DNA from: Ramazzottius varieornatus | Lineage: Eukaryota; Animalia; Tardigrada | NCBI GenBank assembly: GCA_001949185.1 | Contig: BDGG01000012.1 | Span: 1,604,973-1,668,972, forward strand | Reading direction: 5' to 3' | Length of the DNA: 64,000 bases | Shown: positions 23,749 through 35,900 of the stretch, piece after piece | Position numbering within the stretch: position 1 is the first letter of the stretch | Layout: each line of letters opens with the position of its first letter | Position numbers and translations under genes: made by a program | Notes under the pieces: model-generated | What the model saw: the letters and a program-made list of their open reading frames with translations, nothing else | Database searches by the model: none | Told to the model about the DNA's origin: nothing

Positions 23749-26530
23749 TCAGTTTGGAGCCATTCGGGCGTAGTCTTTCTTGTGCATTGCTGGATGAATC
23801 TGCGTCCAGGGTCGTCGGTAGGGATTCGGGTACTTCACATTGAAAGTAGGTTTTGCCAAAGAGTCCGTGATGGCCCGAGAAATCTGTAAAACCAATTCAC
23901 AACGAACCTTCCTTACTGTACACGCAGGACGAGAAATTATTGTACAGTAAAAATTATGGTACAGGCCTTTTCGCTACGGCGGTACGGGAGCAAGTACGTA
24001 CCCGACCGATTCACAATTGTAAATTTTTCGACACTTTTCTAGGGTGGAATTTCCATTTCGCCGTCCTTTCCGCCTGTCCCATAATTTTTAGTGTACTATG
24101 ATTTCTCGTCCTGCGTGTGAAGGTACTGATAGATTTCGTGCAGGTTCTGGCGAAATGTACTTACGTGATGGTCAGCAGGACCTGGAGTACCCGATGGTTT
24201 CGGATCGAACATTGACCTATAGTACATCTTGGGAAACGTCGAACCGTGGCCGAACGCCTTCTGGGTCCTTTCCCATTTACCGCAATTGTAGAGGTTCGCA
24301 GCTGTAAACGACACCCCTGAGATTCGTGCTTACAATTACGTACTTTGAAACGGACTAGACAATTTCCGGTCTAGTCCCTTACCTGGGAAGTTAACTTGGT
24401 AGCTTTTGAGGAAGGACGGTTTGCGCTCATCGCTAGACTCGAAGGCCGGGGGATTGTGGGAAAGGTAAGGACGATGGTAGGTCCTCCGACCATGACACTT
24501 ATTGAATGCGGGCTCTACCTCATACCAACCGGGCGGCGGAACACGATCCTACCAGCGAGACGCAAAACTTATGACCAACTGCAGTTCGAAAGAGCGTTTC
24601 CACATGAGCTTACCAAATGCTTCTTGAATCCACTTTCTTTATGTCTCCATGCCTGCCACGGAAACTGTCCCTTGCCAGAGCTCCCATTCCTGACAGATAC
24701 CTTAATGGTCGTGGGTAACGAGTACAGCTTCGGCGAGGGACTACCGTCGTCTTTCGGAACAAGAACTGATGTGCGTGTGGTGGAGCTGCCGAACGCGGCG
24801 TGGACGTGTGTTTGTGCCTTCTGTATCTGTTCGCGTGTGTTGAGGAAAGCCGATGGGTCCATGAATGGCCGACATGGAATATCTCGGGTTTCCTCCTTAA
24901 ATCGAGGCGACGTAGCCAAGAAACCCACCTCCGGTCGTGGAATTATGTTGACTGCCTCGGGAGTGAAAAGCGAGCTCTTAGGCAGCTCGCCGACTGTGTC
25001 ACATTTGGGGAAAATGTCCCCTCTCTGTCGGAGAAACATGGATATTATTCTCCTTTAGCAGCGTACTGATATTTTTAGAAACTATGAGAGAATCTCGCCT
25101 CTGTGGTGGATCCGAAACCAATAGTGGTCTCTTCGGCTCCTTGTACGGCATGCAGGTATTGGTCCAATAGCTTTTCATGACGATCAGTAACATTCTTGAT
25201 GTGCTGTTCAATGTATAGGTTCTTGGTCGCCTTCGCCTGTCGTTTCTAAAGGAGCATAAAGCTGGTTCACATTCCCCAATGCTCACCTGTTTCAAATTTT
25301 CACGTACACTTCAAATACGTACTCGAAGTTGCTCGCGGAAGACTTCGCTGCCACGCGCACCGGGAAATGTGATGGGAAACGCGGAAGTTAGTATTTCGGG
25401 ATGGTTCTGTGCAACAGCCTTTTGGAACGCTGCGATAGCAGTATCCCCTGCAACATGAAAGAAACTGATGATCTTTCGGACAGCCTGAAACGACCCTAGT
25501 TCAGTCTTAGACAACTCCGTTGGAAAATGACGAACCACGAGACATCCCCTTTGGCCTTGAGAACATCTTTCCAGAAACTACAAAGTTCGCTCCACAAAAG
25601 CGCTGGCCTTTTGGTTCCGCTGGCTATTTTCAAAACGTGTAGTTGCACACTAAAGCCGAACGAAGTGTCGAAAGGCGAATGCCTACCCCCAAACATCCTA
25701 CTGCGTTGGTCACCCGGCAAGGAACAGTGTCGCCTGATTTTTCAAAGATATTGCCGTTGACGTCAATCGTGTACCCATGAGCTCTTCCTCTTGGGCTTAC
25801 TTTCAGACCTTTGTAGATTCCCCGCGTTGATTCGATCTAGACATATCACAAACAAGCTTGTTGGTCAGGCGGTTGACTCTGCAACACCTCGAAATTCTAG
25901 AAAAAAGCTCACACTGTTCTTGTTCATCCTTTGTAACAACATGGCGACAGTTTTGTTGCGTTGTCGCGCAGTTTCCGGCTTCCTAACTATGCAAGTTGGC
26001 GCCCACACCTTGATATCCGCGTAATCGCATGACGCCAAGTCCGTATTGGCGTTATAAGGCGGGAATCTTACCATTTTATCTTTGAATGTACTGGTAATCT
26101 GCAATATGAAATAAGATACCGCTCTTAACCAAAAATTTATGCCTCAAAATCGCTATTAATAACTGAAGTGCAAATACTATGATAAAACCTTACTTCCGGT
26201 GGGCTCTTGCCGAGACTGATGCCAGGATCGTACAACGCATCTGGTCCTTCATGACCAGGTAGGCGATTGACGTACCCGGTTGTATCTCGAGCCTCATAAC
26301 TTCCGAAAGGTGGATAGATTCCGGCAAGTGGCACTACAACATAGATTTATGCATTACACGAGATTTCGGAGCACGAAGCAATCCTGCGTAAATACAGTAT
26401 CGATGTTGCACTCACCAGGTGCTACGATGGTGCTTTTGTCGGTCTCATACGTGCCAACAGGTGGAATGTCGCTTAGTTTGTAAGGCGGGATGCGAGGTGA
26501 TGTGTTCTCCAACCCGGAAAATGCCGCCAT
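23749..26530 (-). CDS. Sperm-tail PG-rich/SHIPPO-repeat-like protein (STPG2/ODF3-like), multi-exon
   Basis: Degenerate PGPGxY-type repeats (PPVGTY, PPFGSY, GPDALY, SPSPKLY, PGPADH) with intervening AFGSS..R / AFGHGS motifs and C-terminal PTFNVKY. Family assignment tentative. Confidence 0.55.
23921..24117. mobile_element. Tc1/mariner-type MITE, family A copy 2 (in last intron of the STPG-like gene)
   Basis: ~46-bp TIRs CACGCAGGACGAGAAAT.AT.GTACA.TAAAAATTATGG.ACAGGC. TA on left, TG on right. Interior matches 9069-9252. Confidence 0.82.
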
Positions 26531-26676
26531 TTTGCTCGCACAGTTTCACCGTGAAGACATTTGGTTCGTATTGATGACGATAGTATCCGAAGTTTGTATG
26601 GGCTAAATAGTACAGTAAAAAATTAACATAGTTATTACATAAACGGACGAAGCAGATCTAAACCGACTTGCAACGA

Positions 26677-27518
26677 TGTTTGGCACGTACCCTCGCGAGG
26701 AGCAAGCACTGCTTCCTCACGCTGTGTTGCTAAGTTGGGATTCAGAAGAGCAGGGATATCAAGCCTGCTTCCCTCTCTAAATCGCATTGCTTTTATCAGT
26801 GAACGGTCTGCTTTTCCCGGAATTCATTACTCGGAAGAATGGGAGAAAATTGCAAGTCGATCCTTTGAACTTGTTTCGCTTTCGTATTGGCTCTTCGAAC
26901 TCGCAAACCGCTGTTTGGAATTATGATTGCGTATGTCATGTCATACGTAGGTAATGCTATTTGTGATGTCATAACACCTAACGAGCGTCGATCAGTTTAT
27001 GACTTTCTGGTTAGTTCTTATGCTATTCTCAGTATTCTGTTCCTTGGGAAATGGAAAGTTAAGTTGGGTCTCGGGAGTAGCACTATATAAACTTGTACAA
27101 CTCGTTTCACTACGTGCAGAACCAGTGGAGGTCCATCAGCAGCCTGTGAACTATTGTTCCAACAAGAATATCAAGACTGGTTGGGATGACTTATCTCGCT
27201 TCGTATATACGTATGCGTCGCTTCTTGCATTTTATGTGTCCAAAACATCCCAGCCACCTGTCCGGAAGTCCCTTACTCCTGCAACAAAGACATTCCCATC
27301 GCGACGAAAGAAACCCCAATCCACCGGAGGAAATGAGTGGAAGACCAGAAAGTCCGAGTCTGACAGCTGCCAGATCGCAGAGAAAGAAAATGTTCAGAAT
27401 ATTCGTGGCATCGATCACCTTTTTCGTGATCTCATCCCATTTTCTCTTGCCCTACGTCACGGCGAAAACTGTTTTAACTGAACTTAACCACGAAAGGCAA
27501 ACCCATGGACCCGGATGA
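26677..27518 (+). CDS. Possible uncharacterised spliced gene
   Basis: Candidate exons ~26800-26930, ~27015-27057, ~27120-27210 and ~27253-27518 have GT-AG borders and can be joined in one open frame with a hydrophobic stretch near the C-terminus. No recognisable homology, start uncertain. Confidence 0.3.
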
Positions 27519-27765
27519 TATGCAACCCATTTACTGAATCGATATAATTAATAATATGTACGATGTGTTTTGGAATCAAGAAACTCGCTTAATTCAACCG
27601 CACTCTCGGATACAAAGCGGTTCAAAACTGACCAAATCAGAACGATAAATGCTGATGTAGGAGTTTCGCGATTTATACAACTTTGTACAGTAGCTTTGGA
27701 GCAACAGACTGGTGGAACTTACTTGAAAATGTTTGAGTAAAGGTCAAGGCAGACAAATGACCAGC

Positions 27766-28230
27766 TCAAAAATCGATCATGTGGTGGTGTTGATGATTCT
27801 GAGGAGGTGTAGGCGAAGGATCCCGCGATTCAATTCCGTTGTAATCGTTGATAAGGGCCTTTTCTAGGATAACGTTACCTGTAAACGAGCAGTTAGCGAA
27901 CGATTGGTATGAAAGAGGGGCATGAGGTAAACGAAATATACCTTCTTTATAGCGTTGGTCCTCTTCCGTGGCGAACTCGTAAAACCAGCCTAGTTTTTGC
28001 GAGCACTTTTTGCAGAACACGTCGCGCACGAAGTGTTGTCCCGTCAGCATCATCCGATCTTGCACCTCCGAGAATGTAATGTTCACCACCTTCCGGAAGA
28101 GGAAGGCTCGACCCGTGGAGCCCGTAAATCGCGTGCTGACCAGCTCTTTCTTGTTGGTCAGAGGTGTATCGCAGTGATTGCACGCGAAGATCCTCGCGCC
28201 TCCTGGATGTTCCAGAAAGACTCTCCCCAT
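27766..28230 (-). CDS. YPEL5: Yippee-like protein 5
   Basis: [67 protein letters not shown]. One 63-nt intron 27879-27941. Confidence 0.95.
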   Translation of the reverse strand: MGRVFLEHPGGARIFACNHCDTPLTNKKELVSTRFTGSTGRAFLFRKVVNITFSEVQDRMMLTGQHFVRDVFCKKCSQKLGWFYEFATEEDQRYKEGIFRLPHAPLSYQSFANCSFTGNVILEKALINDYNGIESRDPSPTPPQNHQHHHMIDF

Positions 28231-28694
28231 GTTCCCTATGCTTCCAACTGAGCGATCCACAAGGTACGTCGGATAAAGAACTGACGAGGGGAAATCGTAA
28301 AACAGTCCAGTGCAGAATTCCAGGTTTTCCAATTCCAAAATCCAAACACAGAAAAATTAATAAAGAGAAACGATTTGAATCCGAATATAATAGCGAGTTT
28401 GCAATTCCAGGAGGTGAGTCGTCTCTTGGTTGGTCTTTGCAATTACTATTAACCAATCCAATGAGACAGGAAACAAACTCTAAATTTGTTGTTGTTTCCA
28501 GATCGTTCTCTAACATATAACTTGCACTTCCGGCTGCTTTCTTCTGGTTCTTTCATCCTGAATCATCCTTCTGCTACTTCTTAGTTCTTAGTCCCTACTC
28601 CTTCACGTGACCGAGTTACGGTGTGAATCTGTGTTGAAGTGGATGATCCTGTGACGCAGTAGTGGGGCTTGACTTTTGCAGAGATCGAGCGACT

Positions 28695-29891
28695 ATGAAT
28701 AATCGTGACTTTCGACCACCATTTGGATTTCCGGGAGCCTTCTTTGATGGCTTCGATAGCCGAGGAGGAAATCGGTGAGTGAACTTGCGCTTACACATAA
28801 AGTACTTCGGAGGTATGGCATGAGCTGGTCACGGGTTTGCTTGTGTAGTTCGGGTGAGGTCAATAGCAAGTATTTTTCTCTGCTGCAGTTTTGATGATGA
28901 GGGAGACGACGCCTTCGGAGATGACATATTTGGGCGATTCCGATTTGGGAATTTGAGACGAAGCTCGCCGTTCCAGGATATGCAGAATGCGTTCAGTGGA
29001 GCTGAGATGATGTTTCGACACATGGACAGAATGTTTCAAGATATGCATATGTTTGGCGACTTCGGACAAATTATGGGACCGAACGACGCCCATGGTATGT
29101 CCTCCCCTATGTATATAGAAAATTTCTTTGACTTTTGTCTTATATATGGGGATTTCGCCCCTGTGACTTGTTGCGCCGTATCGTTATAGAGACTCTTGCA
29201 ATTGAAAATGGGAACAAGGACGACAAGAATGGACGGCGGCCAGGTCGAACAAGATCTCCAAGAGACGAGATGCTCAAAGAGCCAGACTCTGATGACATCA
29301 CAGCTGCCTTTCCGGGCGGAATGGAAGACAGGGAAGTGAAAGAGCACGAAGTGAAAGATATCATATTAGGAAGGGATGGTCGCGGAGGGGGAAGGACTAA
29401 CTCGCAAGGTGGATTCTCGTGGAGTGGGTCGTCTAGCATGACATCGTTTGCTGGCTTTGGAGACGGAGTATGTTGTTCGAGCCTGAAGCTGCATATTTTG
29501 TTCAAGTGCTTATATTGCAGTACTTTGTTACGCATTTTTAAGCTGCTTTCTTTTCCAGAAAATGGAGCAGCGTCGGACAGTTCAAAATCCGGATGGTTCG
29601 AAATCCACGATTGTGACGCGAATAATGGGTGACAGAGAAATAACCATCACGAAGACCATCAGTCGAAACGGGGAGGAAGTAGTAGAAGAGGAACTAGTAA
29701 ACATGGATGAAGACGATCGTGAGAACTTTGAACAGGAATGGACGGGACACGGACAATCTCCGCAGTTTTCAGGTTTGCGCCCTGGTCGCCCACGGGACGA
29801 GAGAAGCATCATGAGTAGGGGAGAGCCACCTCTGTTGGATCGCCGTGGCCCTGGAATCCTTTCAAAGATTTTTGGAAGCTGGTTTCGTTGA
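28695..29891 (+). CDS. HAX1: HCLS1-associated protein X-1-like
   Basis: F/G/D-rich N-terminus, SPRDEMLKEPD motif, EQRRTVQNPDG..TIVTR, amphipathic C-terminus ILSKIFGSWFR. Confidence 0.8.
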
Positions 29892-30546
29892 CATATTTCG
29901 AAATTCCTGAGGATAATATCATGTCATCTACGTGAGGACTTTGCTCGCGATCTGAGAACATTCACCGAGAGTGATCGACTGATCTTTTGCCTTTGCGTGT
30001 GTTCAATTGGAGCGTTGGGACTGATTGTGTGGTTGATACTCAAGAATACTACAGTACAGTATGAACTTTCCCAGTTTGTCGCTTACTAATAAAGTTAGTG
30101 TTCGATCCCAGAACTGAAACAGCCCTTGATATTGCGACTGCTCTGAAGTCCGTGATACTAAAGATTAATAACTTTAGTTAATAACTTTGCCGCCTGTGTT
30201 TTGGGAAGTTTTCCACTCTCTCGTGGTCGACCGGTCGTGAAGAAATCTTTTATATTTCGGACACTCGGAACCGGAAAGTCTAGCTGGTGCTAGGCATAAT
30301 TTTTGTTTTACATTCTTTGAAATTTGAAAACGAAAACCAGTAATTTACTTTAGCATTTTCTTGCAATAATTTACATTGTGACAGCAAATTGACAGTGCGT
30401 AAGTTATGTGGCAAGCCACCGAACATAAACTGTTTCGAGTGAGTCATTCGCGTTCAGATCTCAACGGATTGAAACAGTGAGCAAGATTTGGGAAACTGCT
30501 GTCATAGACAAAAGCAAATCAAACCAGGTTTGCAAAGCTGTACAAT

Positions 30547-31388
30547 CTAAACCGATGGCAATCCAGGGACCTTTGCCTGGTTCTCTTGTTTGTCTTTCAT
30601 CTCTTCATTTTCCAGGTACAGTTCCTTGACAGCTTCGTCGTACTTAGCCTGATAGAAGTTCGCAGCAATAGGCTTTCCCAGTGAGTACTTCTTCTCGAAC
30701 TCACTGAGGCTAAACTTGCGATCACCGTCAGCTTTCGAGTAGAAGGGTTCTTTGGGTTGCAGCTGGCCCTTCTGCTTGTACACCACTACAGCATAACGAT
30801 GAAGCCCTACGACCGATCTAAGCAATTCATCACAAATGATCACAAACAAGGAGATGGAAGTCATAAGACTGCTACAAACCGGTTCCGGGGAGAGGACCAG
30901 CGCCAATGTACTCGGACAAAACTTTCCCTCGACTAATATTATTTTCCGGAATGTTCATGACAACATACTGCTGCCACTGGACTTCGCCCTCATTCTTTTC
31001 AGGATTCTGCGTATCAAGATCTGCGATAAAAGGCTATATTTGCAGCGAGTAAACGCTCGCGCATGGTGAGCTTCTCAGATCTCTCAGCTTACCAGCAATA
31101 ACCAAGGTGTAGAACGCTCCTTTCTCCGCCGGCCATTTCACACTCGGTGGTTCTTTCACATCCTCCGGCCTCAGCTCATTACCCAGCATAGCGTGAACGC
31201 TGGCGCTAAACTTGACCTGTAAAACAAAAACAGTTTCTTCTTTAGCAGTTAGCACGTGAGAAGATAGGGCAAGATGAAATACTCCACGAAAACAGTGAAC
31301 TTGAAAAGCTTACGTCGCAAATTTCTTGTGGAGCCTCCTCTAGTATATCCGGAACGATCAAGTGATCCTTGAACTTGCTCTGCTCCAT
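30547..31388 (-). CDS. Phosphatidylethanolamine-binding protein (PEBP/RKIP family), atypical pocket; upstream exons possible
   Basis: IVPDIL, GNELRPEDVKEPPSVKW, FYTLV, YIGAGP..GTGLHRY, KKYSLGKPIAANFYQAKYD. Confidence 0.9.
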
Positions 31389-31860
31389 TTCTCCCGATAC
31401 TTTGCGGTCGGCACTTGCCTGTCTTGCGAAGAACAAAGAGGCGAGGTTCACGCAGGCACTATGGCAAACAGGCAAAACAGCTGCTCGGCTACTCCGTACA
31501 CGGCACGCAAAAACAATTTGACGTCGCTGACAAACTGGTAAGCGAAAGTAAGTAGCGCGGTCGACAATCGCTCGAAGCAACTTGGAGTTACGATTCATGG
31601 CGGAGATTACAGAACGACAAAACAGACGGAAAGCGTATACCTTCGGCGGGTGGGGTCGGACTGTTCTCAGTTCACACTCAGCTGCAGCCTGCGGGCGAAC
31701 GAGAAGCAAGACTTACAGAAGTAACTTCTGTGGCAACCAGGATCCGTGCAGAGTTCGTAATCCTAGACACAACGACGTAGCTGGTGCACAAGGAACGACA
31801 ACAAATGTGCAGACTTCAGAAAGCAGTGAAAGTAGGGAAGAAATCAACAAGACGAACTTA

Positions 31861-32029
31861 CAGTGTAAGACAAAATAAACCGTTGAAAATGGGTGTGGGA
31901 TGGAACCAGATGGATGGAGCCAATGAAGTTTGCCCATGCAGAAAAATCCAATTCTCATTGGCCGAGTCGTAAATAATCTCCAGCTGCAGTATTACGCCCA
32001 TTTTTAACGGTTAATTTTGTCGTACACTG
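31861..32029. mobile_element. Tc1-type MITE, family B (169 bp)
   Basis: 36-bp TIRs CAGTGTA.GACAAAAT.AACCGTT.AAAATGGG.GT (4 mismatches) with TA on both flanks (31859-60, 32030-31). Confidence 0.85.
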
Positions 32030-32957
32030 TACGAAGATGGTACTGTAAATTCCTCTAATTTCCTCATGGACCAAACCGGACTTCGACCACTGTGGCCAGA
32101 GTGGGGTGCTCTACTGTGGCAGTGGCACCAGAGTGATGCTAGGTTATGAGTATTGATTGTCAATCAACTCAGCAGTGCTCGGTTTGGAACTGCTAAATTA
32201 GCAGCTCGACAAAACTTACGAAAGTTTCATACTCCCGGGGAAGCCGTAGGTCACCCTTATTTATTGCAGGGGCCCTAAAGAGCAATATTTTCAGGTTTCA
32301 GAATTTTGTCTAAGATTTCCCTTTTTCGGTTCAAAGTTTCCACGTCGAGATCGTCCTCTACCGAGAAATCTGCCCTACATCTACCTTCATCAGGAACTGG
32401 AGTCGTTGGTTATCAGCATCAGCATAAGCAGAACAAAGCCGGATGAACGTCCACCAGATAGCCATCAGCGCGAACAGGACGCGGGACATCAAGGTGAGCT
32501 TTATCGTTAACCAGGTACACCATCGACGATTACGACTTGAGAACGTTTGGAGAGAACAGCACATCCTTCGAAGGATAGTAGCAGTTCTAAAGGAGATGGG
32601 TAGTTGCGTTTCTGTTGACGGTTGGTGTGTCCGTTTCTGGTAGCATAGATCAGACATCGCTCGGCAACGTTCAGTTCTCATTGAGCGCGGTGCGCTTACG
32701 AATAATGGTCTCTCGCCCGTATGACTTCCATTAAGTTCCCGTCTTCACTGTCGGGCTAACCTGAAGTATGTTTTATTCGAATGTGACCTTGTTGGTCTGC
32801 GCTTAATTGTCTTAGGATGCGTGGTGGTGATAGTACTAATCGGTAGGTCTTAAAATAGATGACCATGCAGTTTCTTAATCTTTCCGTGGCACGTCTGGCG
32901 TAAGAATTAAGATGTTGATGTTGCAGAGCATTTTCTTCTTGGCTTGGAGTGACCACC

Positions 32958-35900
32958 ATGAATAGTATCAACGGGAATGGCAGTCGAATAGGATCTCTCC
33001 CGGATGGCGACAAGCCAAAGCAAAATGGATACTACGGAAGTTACAAGACAGTGAGTATACGATTATACAGTATTACACAACGTTATTGACTGGAAACTAC
33101 GTATAACGTTAGTCTTCTGGAATCTGATACGTAGCTTTTCCGCTACCTGATATTCTTGAAAGTTTTGTCGTGCAGAATGGGTCGACTGGTAGAGGATCAG
33201 CTGAGGATGCAAAGATGCCGAACGGTACAACTCACCCGGATGTGGACGATTCCGTGGGTGATTCGGCCACCGAGAATGACTTGGCACGACGCATGATGGA
33301 GTTGACCGTGGAAGATGACGACCAAGACTTCTTCAAGTCGTCAAAGGCGGAGCACGCTTGCTGGTAAGTCGGTTGTAATGTGAATGTGCGGCAGAATGTT
33401 TTCGGTGGTTTGACAGTGTTTTATTGTTTAGTTATTGCGGACTGAGCGACCCATCGGCTGTCGCATGTTGCGTTTGCTGTAAAAAATGGTTCTGTAATGG
33501 TCGAGGACTGATCCAAGGAAGGTTAGTAATCCTTTGCTGTCCTTCGTCATGTTTTGATCTATATTGACCGTTTGTCCTAGTATATTCTTATGTTTTTAGC
33601 CATATCGTTCATCACATGGTACGGGCAAAGCATTTCGAGATCCAGCTGCACAAGGATGGACCATTGGGCGATACCAGCTTGGAGTGTTACAACTGCGGAA
33701 ACAAGAACTCGTTGGTTTTGGGCTTCATTCCGGCCAAGTCGGAAAGTTTGGTAGTCTTACTGTGCCGCAGTCCTTGCGCCAACGCTGCCAACCTGAAGGA
33801 CAGTAACTGGGGCGATGCAAGCTTGTGGAAAGCCGTCATTGAGAATCGCCAGTTCGCCAAGTGGATGTTGCGAGTGAGAAATTATTCCATCTCCCTATCG
33901 TGAACTTCATGCGAGCGTTTCTTAGTATGTGTGTCTTCGCTCTAGCAACCCAGCGATCAAGAAATGATTCGTCAAAGACAGATCAACTCCACGCAGCTGC
34001 TGAAACTGGAAGACCTGTGGCGAACGAACCCGAACGCCACCGTGGAAGATTTAGACCAGACACCGACCGAATCGGTACTTCGCTACTAACAAAGTTTTCT
34101 CACGATCTATGGTGGATTCTTGTGAAGAGCAAGTTTATGGGCTGCTCTTTGTTTTATANNNNNNNNNNNNNNNNNNNNNNNNNNNNNNNNNNNNNNNNNN
34201 NNNNNNNNNNNNNNNNNNNNNNNNNNNNNNNNNNNNNNNNNNNNNNNNNNNNNNNNNNNNNNNNNNNNNNNNNNNNNNNNNNNNNNNNNNNNNNNNNNNN
34301 NNNNNNNNNNNNNNNNATCCGTTACGATGATGCGTACCACTATCAGCGCATCTTTTTGCCGTTGATCAAGCAAGAAGCCGACACTGACCGAAAGCTAAAA
34401 GAATCGCAAGTGTACGAGCACGTGATGGTCCGCTGGGACACCGGACTGAACAAGCGGCAGATCGCCTACTTCGTTCTGCCAAGAGTGGACGTGGACGCCA
34501 AGATCATGCCGGGGGATGAACTGCGCCTGAGCACGTTAGATCGAACGTGGGACGCTGTGGGCAACGTGTTGAAGGTGCCCGACAACATCGGGGATGAACT
34601 ATCGTTGCAGTTGAAATTAGGGACGAAGAACATCCCTCTGGATACGTCCAATGGCTTTCGGGTGGAGTGTGTCTGGAAGTCCACGTCGTTCGACAGGATG
34701 CGCAATGCACTGACTACGTTTGCCATTGACTCTAACTGTATGAGCCATTACATTTACAGCACGCTGTTGGGGTACCCCATGAGGGAAACAAATACCAATC
34801 GTCCGGTGGTTTTACCAAGGAGAATCACGGCACCGAACTTGCCGGAGTTGAACTCTTCGCAGGTTTCGGCGGTCCGCATTGCCATTGGCTCCCAGATCAG
34901 TCTAATCCAGGTTAGCGACTCGCTCCACCTTAGCTATTTTTCTTCCGGGCATTTCACCAGGAATTACCAGAGAAGAAGAAGAAAACTCACCTTCGTAATA
35001 GTCCAGTTATTTATATTTTGACCCTTTGTGTATTTTTTTCTGAAATTTTTGCATTGGTTTTCTAGGGTCCACCAGGAACAGGAAAGACCGTAACATCAGC
35101 CACGTTGGTCTATCATCTGGTGAAAGCTACTCGTGCCAAGGTTTTGGTCTGTGCTCCGAGTAACATCGCTGTGGACCAATTGACAGAAAAGATCCACAAG
35201 ACTGGATTGAAGGTGGTGCGTGTGTACTCTAAGAGCCGAGAAGTAGTGGAGTCGACGGTGCAGTTCCTGTCTCTACACCTCCAGATGTTGGGTAACGCCG
35301 AGCTGAACAAGCTGCAAAAGCTGAAGGGGGAGACTGGCGAACTCTCTGATAAGGACGAACGACGCTACCGATCTTTGAGGGTTCAGGTCGAGCAGGAACT
35401 GCTGAGCTCGGCTGACGTTGTTTGCACCACCTGCGTCGTAAGTTATTTCCCTTGACTTCCGCTTTCTTTGTGTATTCAACTTTTAAGGTTTTGTTGCTTT
35501 TTCCTGTATGAAAGGGCGCTGGTGATCCGCGAATTGGCAAACTGAAGTTCCGAGTGGTTCTCATCGATGAAAGCACCCAGGCTATCGAACCCGAATGTCT
35601 CATCCCGATCGTAATGGGATGCAAACAGGTACTACTGTAGTTTTCGTACAGTATTCTAAGAAACTGCGAGACCGGCGAACGAAGCGTGCAGGGTCGTGTC
35701 TCAGGTGGCGCACGCTTCTAGTCAATAGCAATAATAAAGTGCGCCACATGATATTCGGTCATGTCGTTTCGTTTGCCGATATACCGGTATCTATCTGGTT
35801 TCCGAATTTTGTTTTTCTTTTGGTTGCATGCGGAATGTGTTTTGTGGTTGTAGTTGGTGTTGGTCGGTGACCATTGTCAACTGGGGCCTGTCGTCATGTC

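Noticed and set aside
33861-35021. 386-aa ORF running through X residues
   Set aside because: Artefact of translating across the N gap and introns. Only the part after 34317 is UPF1 coding in that frame.
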